DNA of 64,000 nt from Octopus sinensis (Eukaryota), in contig NW_021830459.1 in NCBI RefSeq assembly GCF_006345805.1, positions 1-64,000 on the forward strand, read 5' to 3'. The position numbers and the translations under genes are program-made. Each line of letters starts with the position of its first letter. Within the stretch, counting starts at the first letter, position 1. Below, piece by piece: positions 53,445 through 64,000 of the stretch. The notes under the pieces are model-generated. The model did no database searches, had not been told where the DNA came from, and was given only the letters and a program-made list of their open reading frames with translations.

Positions 53445-54130
53445 CTAAACTGGTCGTGCAAAAGTTTTCGGTCACCTTCCTTAAACCAATCAAGATACTG
53501 TGTTTTAAAATAGAAAAATGTCCAAAATGAAAATTTATTACGTAATGTTCATTTCTAGAAATTACTGTACATCATTGATATTTCGTGTGGCTTCCCTTAG
53601 CGTAAATAATTGCTTCAATATGCCTGGAAAGAGATGTATGCAAACCCTTCACCATCTTCACAGGTATGAGATGCCATTCTCTGTGGCTGAGCTCCCACAA
53701 CTCTTCAAGTTTGGGTGGATTCTTCTGACGAACTCTTCTCTTTAGTTCTGTCCACATTTGCTCGATAATATTTAAGTCAGGTCTCTGAGCTGGCCAATTT
53801 TTAATACGGTAAACAGACTCTATTGTGTGATCTGTGAAATGGAGCTCCATGCGGAAAATTCTCACCTTCATCCAAGTCTGGTATCAAAGTGTTCGTCAAC
53901 AACAGGATGTATTTGGCACTCATCAAGTTACCGTCGATTTTAACCAACTTTCTAGAAACATCACTTTTTATGTATCTCCAAACATCAGACTCTTACCCCA
54001 AACGTCACTCTTTTCGTCGTGTAACGCGGGTCGGCTCCCTTTCCTGGAGGCCTTCTGACAAATTCTTGATTATTGCACTCCGCACATGCACCAGAAAAAT
54101 GGTTAACAATGTGTTATATCGGGGAGACGG
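53445..54130 (-). pseudogene. Tc1-family transposase C-terminal remnant with one TIR-like end
   Basis: EFVRRPPGKGADPRYTT, MSAKYILLL..LIP, WPAQRPDLNIIEQMWTELKRRV..IP..AIIYAKGSHTKY; GTCGTGCAAAAGTTTTCGGTCAC near 53453 is TIR-like. Confidence 0.88.
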
Positions 54131-54462
54131 TCTAGTAGTGCATTTATCTCTTACATCCGTTATAAGAGTGTGACCATCTTAGGGCAACACATTTAAGAGT
54201 TGTAGTAGAATGGACTCCAGTACTTGATCAGAGTACACTCGGATGAAGCTCCATGATTCAAATCGGTTTTATTACCAACTATTTTTTAGCATAATAAGGA
54301 TGATACCAAATAATATTGGCAGCAGAGACAGCTGTTAGATGGGATGCAGTGTTTTTTTGTAATAATTAATAAATAATAATTGATGCAAATCAACTGTTGT
54401 TCATCAATATTATCTCAATTTTCTATTTTCTTCACACACACACACACACGTATACATATATA

Positions 54463-54523
<61 letters not shown>

Positions 54524-54667
54524 TGTGTATGTATGTATGTATGTATGTATGTATATTTCAAACAAAAATGAGTTTAAATTAAAGAGATATATTAATCTGG
54601 AGGTTACAGTGTTTCTTCTTAATTTGATTTCAGATGATAAATCTCCGTTCTCCTTATCATTATATAT

Positions 54668-55193
54668 TCTCTATATATAAAACTGAAATGCGTTTTTACC
54701 GCTTGGTTCGCTTTCAATGCCACTACATCCCGTCCGATTCGATCCAAAATTTACAGGGACATGTAGAATGAGGTGACGATGCGCGTGGGCTACCTTAGAA
54801 ATCCCTATCTTAAAAGGTGTGGTTGCTAGGGGCCATCTTCCTACCTCACCCTATTTCCTCCAGTACTCTGTCACTCCTCTTCATTTGACAATGCAACTAC
54901 CGTTATTCAATGTAAAGTCTTTCTCAAATCACTCTGTCGCTCTTTACTCTCTTCCAAGAACATTTTCACTCACTCTATCTCTTACCTTCCTATACATTTT
55001 ACTCATGTATCTATCAGCGTTCATACACAGTAACAAATATTACATCGCCAGCCCCATCGCATTCTATTGTCTACCTGTCAACACACACACACGTATATAT
55101 ATACATATATCTAATATTATATTTTTATGTTTTTGTTTTTTTACTGTTTCATTTCCCTATTAGTGGTTTGATCTCTAATTTAATTTCTACAGT

Positions 55194-55227
<34 letters not shown>

Positions 55228-58200
55228 CTATATGTGGCCCCAGTAGACCCGAATGAAATCGGGTTCTCTTCATCAAAATGTGAAAAGGGGTCTAGAATTA
55301 TCATCGCCACAACTTATGTTTTTCCTAATGATAATTATCATCGCCACCACCAACACACAATCATGACAATCTTTCTCTTAAAACAAATCATGTTTACATT
55401 GCAAAATATTTCATTTTCCCGTCCTCTCTTCATATATGTGACCCAGGTTTGGTGGCCGCACAACTACAATTAGACAACGGCTAAAAACATTCGATGTTGA
55501 TAATGCCTGGATCGTTCCATTCAACCCTTTGCTTTCCAAAACATTTAATGCACACATTAATGTTGAGTACTGCAGTTCGGTGAGATGCATACAATACCTC
55601 TGCAAGTACATTAATAAGGGCGATGATATGGCCGTGTTTGTGTTCAGTGATGAATACCTTAGACATGACGAAATTAACAATTTGTTTTCGGTAGGTATGT
55701 ATCCTCCATTATGCAGCGTGGCGCATTTTTGGATACGAGATTCATCTCTCAGCTCACCATCAGTTTCCACCTGAATGGTCATTTACAGAAGAGACAGCTG
55801 CTTTACTTCACAGAGAAAAGCACGTCAAGTCATTGAAAATCCAAAAGGGACTACGCTTACAGCATTTTTTAAATTGTGTTCAGTTGATGAGTTTGCTGCT
55901 ACTCTCATTTACCCTGAAGTACCGGAATATTACACATACAACAATAATAATTGGAAGCGCAGGTCACATGGAACAGAACTTGACAATTGGCCAGGTCTTT
56001 CTAGGAAGAACGTCATTGGGCGTGTGTATAATATTCATCCTACCAAACAGGATATCTCTTTGAGAATGCTACTTCATGTAGTTACTGGACCGAAGTCTTT
56101 TGCTGATCTTCGCACGGATGATGGTATCATCTGCGCCACTTACAGGGAAGCATGTTTGAGGTGCGGACTTCTTCTCAATGACGACCACTTACACAGGACA
56201 TTAGCAGAGGCCTCAAATTGTAAACTGCCATGGCAAATGCGTCGATTGTTTTGTAGCATATTAATCCACTGTAATCCCAGCACCCTTTTAACCTTCGGGA
56301 ATCGTTCAGACAGAGCCTATCAAGGACATACAGGCTAATTTAGCGCTACGTGATGGCAACGACGATGTTTATAATGAGGCATTAATCGACATGGACAGAC
56401 ACATCAGACGCTATGTTATACGCGGTTTAAGTGAATTCCATCTGCCAACACCTGTCCATCATGAAGCGCCTTTGGATGTTGAATACATGTCAGAAAAAAA
56501 CTACAACATTGCCGAATTGACGGAAACAAGTACGCGAGATGAACCAAGACTTTTGCCTGAACAAAGAGAGATTTATAATGAAATTATTGACAGCGTTAGA
56601 TTGAACCAAGGAAAGCTGTTCTTTTTGAATGCTCCAGGTGGTACTGGTAAAACTTTCGTTATCAATTTGATTCTCGCAAAGCTGCGCGCTGAACGTCGAA
56701 TTGCCATTGCATGTGCTTCAAGTGGTATTGCAGCGACACTGCTTCAAGGCGGCCGCACGGCACATAGTGCATTCAAATTGCCCATGCACATTGGAAAGAA
56801 AGATAATCCTATATGTAATATAGATCGTAGTTCCTCAAGAGCAAGACTTCTTCGTGAATGCAGTCTTTTTATTTGGGATGAGGCTACAATGAGTAATAAG
56901 GCCATGTTTGAGGCTCTTGACAGAACTCTCCAAGATTTGCGTCACAATACAAAAATAATGGGTGGAGCTACGTTTCTCATGGCAGGAGATTTTCGACAAA
57001 CTCTTCCTGTTGTCCGAGCAGGCACTAGAGCCGATGAGGTTAATGCATGTATAAAGCATTCTTATGTGTGGCACAGTGTATCAGTCGCCATCTTCAAACA
57101 AACATGAGAGTCCACCTACATGGTGATGTGGAGTCTGAGGCTTTCGCAAAACACCTATTAGATCTTGGTGATGGAGTTTTGCCTTTCGTTGATGATGAGC
57201 ATATTCGGTTGCCTTTTGGGAATTTCGTTCCAAATGTAGAAGAACTTATAAGAGCCGTTTTACCTGATTCGAAACCAACTTCCAGGATCTCGATTGGCTA
57301 AGAGCAAGAGCTATTCTATCGCCTCATAATACAACCGCTGATGCTAAAATAAACAGTACTTGATATGAATCCTGGTGAGATAGTTTCTTTCATGTCCATC
57401 GATACAAATAAAGATGAGAATGATGCAGTCAAATATCCACCCGAGCTACTCAACAAGCTAACACCTCCGGGACTTCCACCTCATCATTTGTGTTTGAAAG
57501 TTGGTGCTCCAATCATAGTGCTCAGAAATATGGAAACGCCTGAAATATGCAATGAACCCGAATGGTTATTAGGAGGATTCAAAGCCATGTTATAACTGCT
57601 GAAATTTTGAGTGGACCATTTGTAGGAACAATCTAAATGATACATAAAATGAGTATTTCACCCTCTGATGTTCCCATTCAGTTTAAACGCTTTCAATTTC
57701 CGATAAAACTATGCTTCTTCGCGATGACAATCAACAGGTCACAGGGACAATCACTGGACATTGTAGGCATTAACCTGTCACAACCGGTTGTCAGTCATGG
57801 TCAATTGTACGTAGCCTGTTCTCCAGTTGGAAATCCACATAAACTCTTCATTCTTGGCAATCATGAGCGCACAAGGAACGTGGTTTATCAGGAGGCTCTG
57901 ACAAAGAAAACTGATTGTAAGTCATGAAATTTTGCTTGATTTTTATTTTGCACCTCTTCATTATCTCTTCATTCTTGAAAATAAAGACATTAAAAGGAAC
58001 ATGGTTCATAAAGAACGTTGGGTTCAGATGTTTGCAAACATTTGATCCAACTCATTCTCTTTATTCCTCATTTTCCGATTCTTCTACGTCTCATTAAACG
58101 GTTTTGTCAAGTTATTGTTTTCTTCTTCGCTACATAAGACATTCATAAAGTGAATGAGTTGTTAATTACATTTTATACACTATTCCATTGTTTAGGTGGT

Positions 58201-58873
58201 GTCGAAAGGACTGGCATGTGTCACCATATAAACTCCCTCAGTCAAACTCCCAACTCATGAGTTCACATCGGGATACTCTTTCTACAAAACTGAGCTGGGT
58301 GTGAATTCTAATTTCATTCACTATTACAGATGTTTTAATTTTTGAAACAAACACATTGCCTCTTTCGTTTTAAAACAATAAAACAATACTACCTTAATAC
58401 ATTGGTCCAACAAACAAAACATCCAACACTCTCATTCTTTTATGTATCTGTCTTCCTCCATCACTCACTCACTTTTCTCCTTTCCTTTCACTTTCTATCT
58501 ATAACGTCGTTTCACAGCGTCTACCTACCTTACATTCACTTTCTCTTTATAACGTCGTTTCACAGCGTCCGCTATCCCCCCTCCCTGCCTTCCACAGCGC
58601 TTTCACACACTCTCACTCTCTACGTCTGTCTGCATTCATAGAGAGAATTATCATCGCCACCACAACCACTCAATCATGACAACAAATATTATGAATCAGA
58701 TATTTATTGGGTTCATTTATATGTGTGTGTGTATCTATAAATATGTATATATAATAATTTTTATATATACAAAGTGCATATATCTGTATTTATATATATA
58801 TATATAATTTGTATACATTTATATATATATACCACACTCTTACCCGCGCGTAGAGCGGGTCACCTTCAGCTAG
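54668..58873 (+). mobile_element. Helitron, about 4.2 kb, both termini present, non-functional
   Basis: 5' TCTCTATATATAAAA; 3' hairpin ACCCGC-GCGTAGA-GCGGGT (58842-58860) then CTAG (58870-58873) followed by T. Confidence 0.88.
55440..57927 (+). pseudogene. Helitron RepHel: 3' part of Rep plus PIF1-family helicase, frameshifted
   Basis: VDNAWIVPFNPLLSKTFNAHINVEYCSSV..IQYLCKYINKGDD; FFLNAPGGTGKTF; IWDEATM; GDFRQTLPV; GLPPHHLCLKVGAPIIVLRN; AMTINRSQGQSL; HGQLYVACS; split over at least six ORFs. Confidence 0.93.
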
Positions 58874-59212
58874 TATATATATATATATATATTATATATA
58901 TATATATATATACATCTTTATCTGTATATTTACCTTCTCTGGAATGTTACTAATTGATTTGAGAACTTTATATTATTGGAAAACCTATATGAAATTAGTT
59001 GAAGATTACTTGACATATTATATCTGCTGTAATATTTACAGCCTTTAATAAAAAGTTATAGTATGAAACAATTTTACTAAATTACCGGATCCATTCTTGT
59101 AGCTTATTTTTGATTATAATCACCCCGTATATTTTTATGGGTAACCCCATAAAAAATTCTGGTGCATCTAAATTAAGTACCATATTCATTTGAATCTAAA
59201 TTGTTTGCTGAA

Positions 59213-59270
<58 letters not shown>

Positions 59271-59271
59271 G

Positions 59272-59318
<47 letters not shown>

Positions 59319-59320
<2 letters not shown>

Positions 59321-59408
59321 CACCTGTCCAAGGGGTCATGCAGTGGTACTGAACTCAGAACCATGTGGTTGGGAAGCAAACTTCTTACCACACAGCCACG
59401 CCTGCGCC
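59319..59408 (-). mobile_element. SINE-C 5' fragment
   Basis: Head matches 39005-39099. Confidence 0.8.
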
Positions 59409-59504
59409 TATATATATATATATACATACATATATACATACGTATGTGTGTATTATATTTTGTTTTTCATATATTTTTAGGGGGAGAAAGAGAGAAAGAG
59501 AGAA

Positions 59505-60338
59505 AAATATGGAGAAGTGACGCAATCCCAGAGGCACAATCAGTGCGTGACCTGGGCATTTACATGAGTGATGACGCAACCTTTCATGTACATGTTGCTA
59601 AATTGGCACTGAAATGTAGACGGCTGGCCGGATGGATTCTTAGAACCTTTAGAACAAGAGAACAAGAAACCATGATGGTCCTCTGGAGGACACTTGTCCT
59701 AAGCCACTTTGACTATTGCTCTCAGCTATGGTCACCATCCAGTGTCAAGTTGATCACAGAACTTGAGGCAATCCAACGAAGCTACACGAAGATAGCCTCT
59801 GTGCAGCATATAAGCTACTGGGAAAGGCTCAAGAGATTAAAACTCTATTCCTTGGAGCGTAGGCGAGAAAGATATGCCATAATATGCATTTGGAAGATAC
59901 TGGAAGGACTTGTCCCAAACTTTGGCATCGAGAGTTACACAAATGCCAGAACTGGGCGCCACTGCGTGGTGCCTAGGACTCCAAATTTACCATCAAGATG
60001 TAGGACAAGATACTGTGATAGCCTGGGCTTCAGAGGCCCACAGCTCTTCAATATCCTCCCGAAGAACCTGGGGGACCTGCATGGGGTGGATGCGGATGTC
60101 TTTAAAGTAGGACTGGATCTCTTCCTGTCAGGTGTCCCGGATGAACCAACTTCACGGTAGGAGGTGCAGATGAGGGCAGCTGCATCGAACTCTCTCATGC
60201 ACCAAATGGCAGTTGCTAAAAAGCATTCGTGAAGTAAAATCATGTAGCAACACCAAATGGCGGTGCCCCAGCATGGCCACAGCTCGTGATCTGAAACTAG
60301 ATAAGATAAGATAAGATAAGATAAGATGAGATAAGATA
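59505..60338 (+). mobile_element. CR1-like LINE, 5'-truncated, 3' end intact
   Basis: VRDLGIYM..F..HV..AGWILRTF..LVLSHFDYCSQLWSP..LEAIQR..YWERLKRLKLYSLERRRERY..GPQLFNILP..FKVGLDLFL..VPDEP; 3' stem-loop and (ATAAG)n tail. Confidence 0.92.
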
Positions 60339-60747
60339 CAAAAATACATGTGTATATATTTTAATTGATCTGTCGTTAGCAAACATCTGGAAAGACATTT
60401 AAAAAATGTAAAATTAACGTCCACAATGCTTTTCTTAGAAATTGTCACAACTCAGTAATACAAGATTCATTAAATTGTTTTATGTCACATAATTCTATCC
60501 GGCGCCACATATATAATTATTGTATAATTATTGTATAATTATTATATAATTATTATATATGCGTTGTCCCCCACCGTCTAGAATGTGTTTTTATCTACTC
60601 AAGATGTTTCTCTAATCATAATCTTAACAATCAGACGCAATCACATTAAAAAAAAACACACACACAAGAAGTCGAGAAAAAATCGAATTTCCTTTATTTG
60701 TTAATAATGAAAATTATTTTATATCACAATGCACCATTTATTCAATA

Positions 60748-61145
60748 CTAGCAGTATCGTCCGGCGTTGCTCGGGTTTGTAAGGGAAATAACTATATAAG
60801 CATTTTTAGAGATGTAAAGTATAATAGCCATCTCAATATGGCTAACCACAAAAGGATGGGGTGTTACTGTAGCTTTTTACGTTCTGAGATTTAATAATAT
60901 ATTTTTAGAGAGTTACTTCCCTTATATATGCCAAAAATGCATTAAAAATGGGAAAAATTGATGGTAATTTTTTTTTTTAATCGTAGACTCATCGTAGACG
61001 CGCGCTAATACCCAGAAGGGCTCGATATGAATCACGACTATAAGATACCCGGTTTTGGTTAAACTGCACCGCAAAATGTGGGAGTAGTTAGGAATCTAAA
61101 TCGTAGGAGACAGACAGCACACAACCTCACTTTTATATATAAAGA
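60748..61145 (-). mobile_element. Non-autonomous mini-Helitron (398 bp)
   Basis: A|TCTTTATATATAAAA 5' end; 3' CCCGAGCAACGCCGG then ACGATACTG-CTAG|T; AT target site. Confidence 0.82.
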
Positions 61146-61232
61146 TTATCACATTTTGAGATTTTGCTTTCTTGCATGCATATTTATGTTTTCTTTGCAT
61201 AGATAGATGAATGTTTGAGGGCATGCTCTATG

Positions 61233-61266
<34 letters not shown>

Positions 61267-61699
61267 TGTATGTATGCATGCATGTATGTATGTATGTATG
61301 TATGTATGTATGCATGCATGTATGTATGTATGTATGTATGTATGTATGTATGTACGTTTGTACGTATGTATGAGTCTATGTATGTAGGTAACCATGTCTC
61401 TAAGTGTATATTTGCATGTAGCTTCCTTTTAGAGTTCGAGTGTATATGTGTGCTGTGTGTGTATGTGTGTGTGTTTATCTCTGTGTGCGTATGTGTGTGT
61501 GTGTATGTATGTCTTTGCTTGCAAAATGTGATTATGTGAATTTTGCTGTTTTTGTTTTCTCTGAAGGCCGACCAGGTCATGATTATCTGAATGGCAACGC
61601 CTGGAAAATACCTTTAATGATGTTTCACATTATAGACACACTTTGAGCACCTGTGACAAAGAAGAGTTACTGTCTGCAGATATATACACGAGTGTAGCT

Positions 61700-62960
61700 G
61701 GTTTATCTGAAATTAACTGGAGGTATTTCTCAAGGAACCTTTTAAATGCTATGTGATCTTTTTTTTTCCCTTATGCATCTTGGCATAATGTTATAGAGAG
61801 CAGAGCCAGTTGAGGTAAAATATTTCAGTGTTTGCGATGTGACGTGAACAGGTTTTTCGCAGAGGACGTATGGCACAGGATTCAAGCGTTGTGCAAATTT
61901 TAAGATGCCAACTGCATTTGGACAATTTTGAAATATTTTCCACCTCAAACAAATCCCTCAGCGCTACGGTGGCGATGTGGGCGATGGAGGAAATAAAGTC
62001 TGAACTTCTCGATTTCAATAATCAAAACCCACCGTATCGTCTATTTTATTTTATCCTGTGATTGATCTCCTTAGTGCTTCAGTTTTCAATATATTTTGTT
62101 TCGTGTAGGTAGATCACGGCGTACAACAGTATTTAAGGCGGCGAGCTGGCAGAAACGTTAGCACGCCGGGCGAAATGCGTAGCCGCATTTCGTCTGCCGT
62201 TACGTTCTGAGTTCAAATTCCGCCGAGGTCGACTTTGCCTTTCATCCTTTTGGGGTCGATTAAATAAGTACCAGTTACGCACTGGGGTCGATATAATCGA
62301 CTTAATTCGTTTGTCTGTCCTTGTTTGTCCTCTCTGTGTTTAGCCCCTTGTAGGTAGTATAGAAATAAGTATTTAAGACGAGAGGAAAAGGATAATATAG
62401 TATCCTTTCTAGACCGGAAAGTTCTGAGGGTTCAGGAGCACGGCATGTGGGCCAGATGAACTTTGCTATTTTTGTGGGCAATCCAGTTGTTGTCATCAGT
62501 TACTCTGAGATCCTTCGTCATGCTTGATGCCCTGAGAGGTCCATCTGAGATAAATGTATATGGTAGCCTCTTTACCGAAGTGGATTAATTCAAAATTTAT
62601 CTTCGCTTAGCTGCATATTGTGTTTTTCTTGCCATTGGATGATAGTGATCAAATCCAATTGGAGATTTGTTCGATTTCTTTCTCTGTCGACAATTTTCAG
62701 AAGCTTAGAGTTACACACGAAAATTCTAACGTTGCTGTGTTTAATGATTTCAATGATGTAAATAATGAAAACGATTGGGCCCAATACAGTCTTTTGTAGG
62801 TCTCCATTGATAACTCTTGCTGAGCTTGATTGAATACCGTCGATCACCAAATGCTGTATTCAGTTCACCAGAAATAATTCAATCCACTTGAATACTTTCC
62901 TCCAGATTCCAATGTTGGACAGTTTTTTTAAGAAGATGCGTTGATGATGGAAACCCCATC
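61700..62960 (-). mobile_element. CR1-like LINE RT/C-terminal remnant, interrupted by SINE-B
   Basis: LLKKLSNIGI..KWIELFL, VIDGIQSS..V.NG..QKTVLGPIVFIIYI, LQLDL..I.QW..NMQ, KDLRV, LRTFRSR, YFTSTGSALYNIMPRCIR. Confidence 0.8.
62135..62367 (+). mobile_element. SINE family B monomer
   Basis: TSD AGTATTTAAG (62128-62137 / 62368-62377). Confidence 0.9.
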
Positions 62961-63704
62961 TCTACTAATTCCTCTAAACACATCTTTGGGCCATAAAATC
63001 ATCATCACTTTCTACCATTATATCTACACACCCCAGCCACCACGACAGCCACCACCAGTTGCTCATATGTAAATGGTAAATGTATTTTAGAAGCTCCGGC
63101 GAAGCCATAAGGCGATGCGCAAGCTCTCAGCTTTGACTGCAATGCATCTCATTGCAGAAACAGCCGTAAGCTAATGAAGTGCAATGCATAATAATCTTCG
63201 TCCTTTGTCATATACATGTTTGCTATAGGTCGATCCGGAAGTTGGTGTAGATAAGGTCTTTGGAATATCGGTTAATACTGCTATACCAATCGTATCATTC
63301 CATTTTCTCATCTTTTAGCTATTTAAACCTTAGAGATGTCATTTCATTGCAATATATAAATTGTATAAATACTTGCCAGTGTTAAGTCTACAGAGCCACT
63401 GCTTCTTACTTATTGTCAATAGCTCTTTGTTGAAATTCTAGTTTTATTCCAATGCCTACCGTTGGTTCTATTTGATGAGAGATGATGGCAGTTGATTATT
63501 GAATGTTATGGAAGAATACAAAAGATCAGAGTAATAATGCCACTAAACATTCGGAGTAGAGAAATGGTTTTGAAATAACAGTCCTTTCTCGTTCAAATAA
63601 TGTATCTAGTTCTCAATAGACATTCATCCAGAAGAATATGACACCGATGCCTTTATTTACCACAAAATTCTAAACGAATAACAAGGAGCGGATATGTGTG
63701 TATG

Positions 63705-63758
<54 letters not shown>

Positions 63759-63813
63759 AAAAGAGAGAGTGAAAGAGAGAGAAAGAGAAAGAAAGAGAAA
63801 GAAAGAGAGAGAC

Positions 63814-63844
<31 letters not shown>

Positions 63845-64000
63845 AAGAGAGAGAAAGAGAGAGGGAGAAAGAGAGAGGGAGAAAGAGAAAGAAAAAGACA
63901 GAGAGATAGAAAGAGAGAGAAAGAGAGAGGGAGAAAGAGAAAGAAAAAGACAGAGAGAGAGAGAAAGAGAGAGAAAGAGAAAGAAAGAAAGAAAGAGAGA
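63705..64000. repeat. (GA)n/(GAAA)n purine tract running to the window edge
   Basis: Seen directly. Confidence 0.95.

Overview
AT-rich eukaryotic (animal) genomic DNA, almost certainly intronic or intergenic, dominated by transposon debris and microsatellites. The repeat repertoire looks like a coleoid cephalopod (Octopus-like); this is inferred from recalled family sequences, not from a search. There is no intact protein-coding gene, rRNA, true tRNA, CRISPR array or cas gene, and most entries in the ORF track are microsatellite artefacts. Supported content: (i) three abundant tRNA-derived SINE families, labelled A/A', B and C here, many with intact target-site duplications (TSDs); (ii) decayed non-LTR retroelements (CR1-like x3, R4/Dong-like x3, RTE-like x2) and Penelope-like pieces; (iii) DNA transposons (mariner, Tc1, hAT, a 4.2-kb Helitron with both termini and a frameshifted Rep/Pif1 region, and a 398-bp mini-Helitron); (iv) a few weak minus-strand exon candidates. 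The most interesting signals are SINE-B multimers that rejoin at the same self-complementary junction (including a 6-unit array under a single TSD), several Penelope-type minimal hammerhead ribozyme motifs (one with a fully canonical core and a 96-nt loop II), near-perfect fold-back palindromes next to those motifs, and a SINE/LINE pair sharing a 3' stem-loop tail. No convincing wholly new system could be established from sequence alone. All coordinates and alignments were made by eye.
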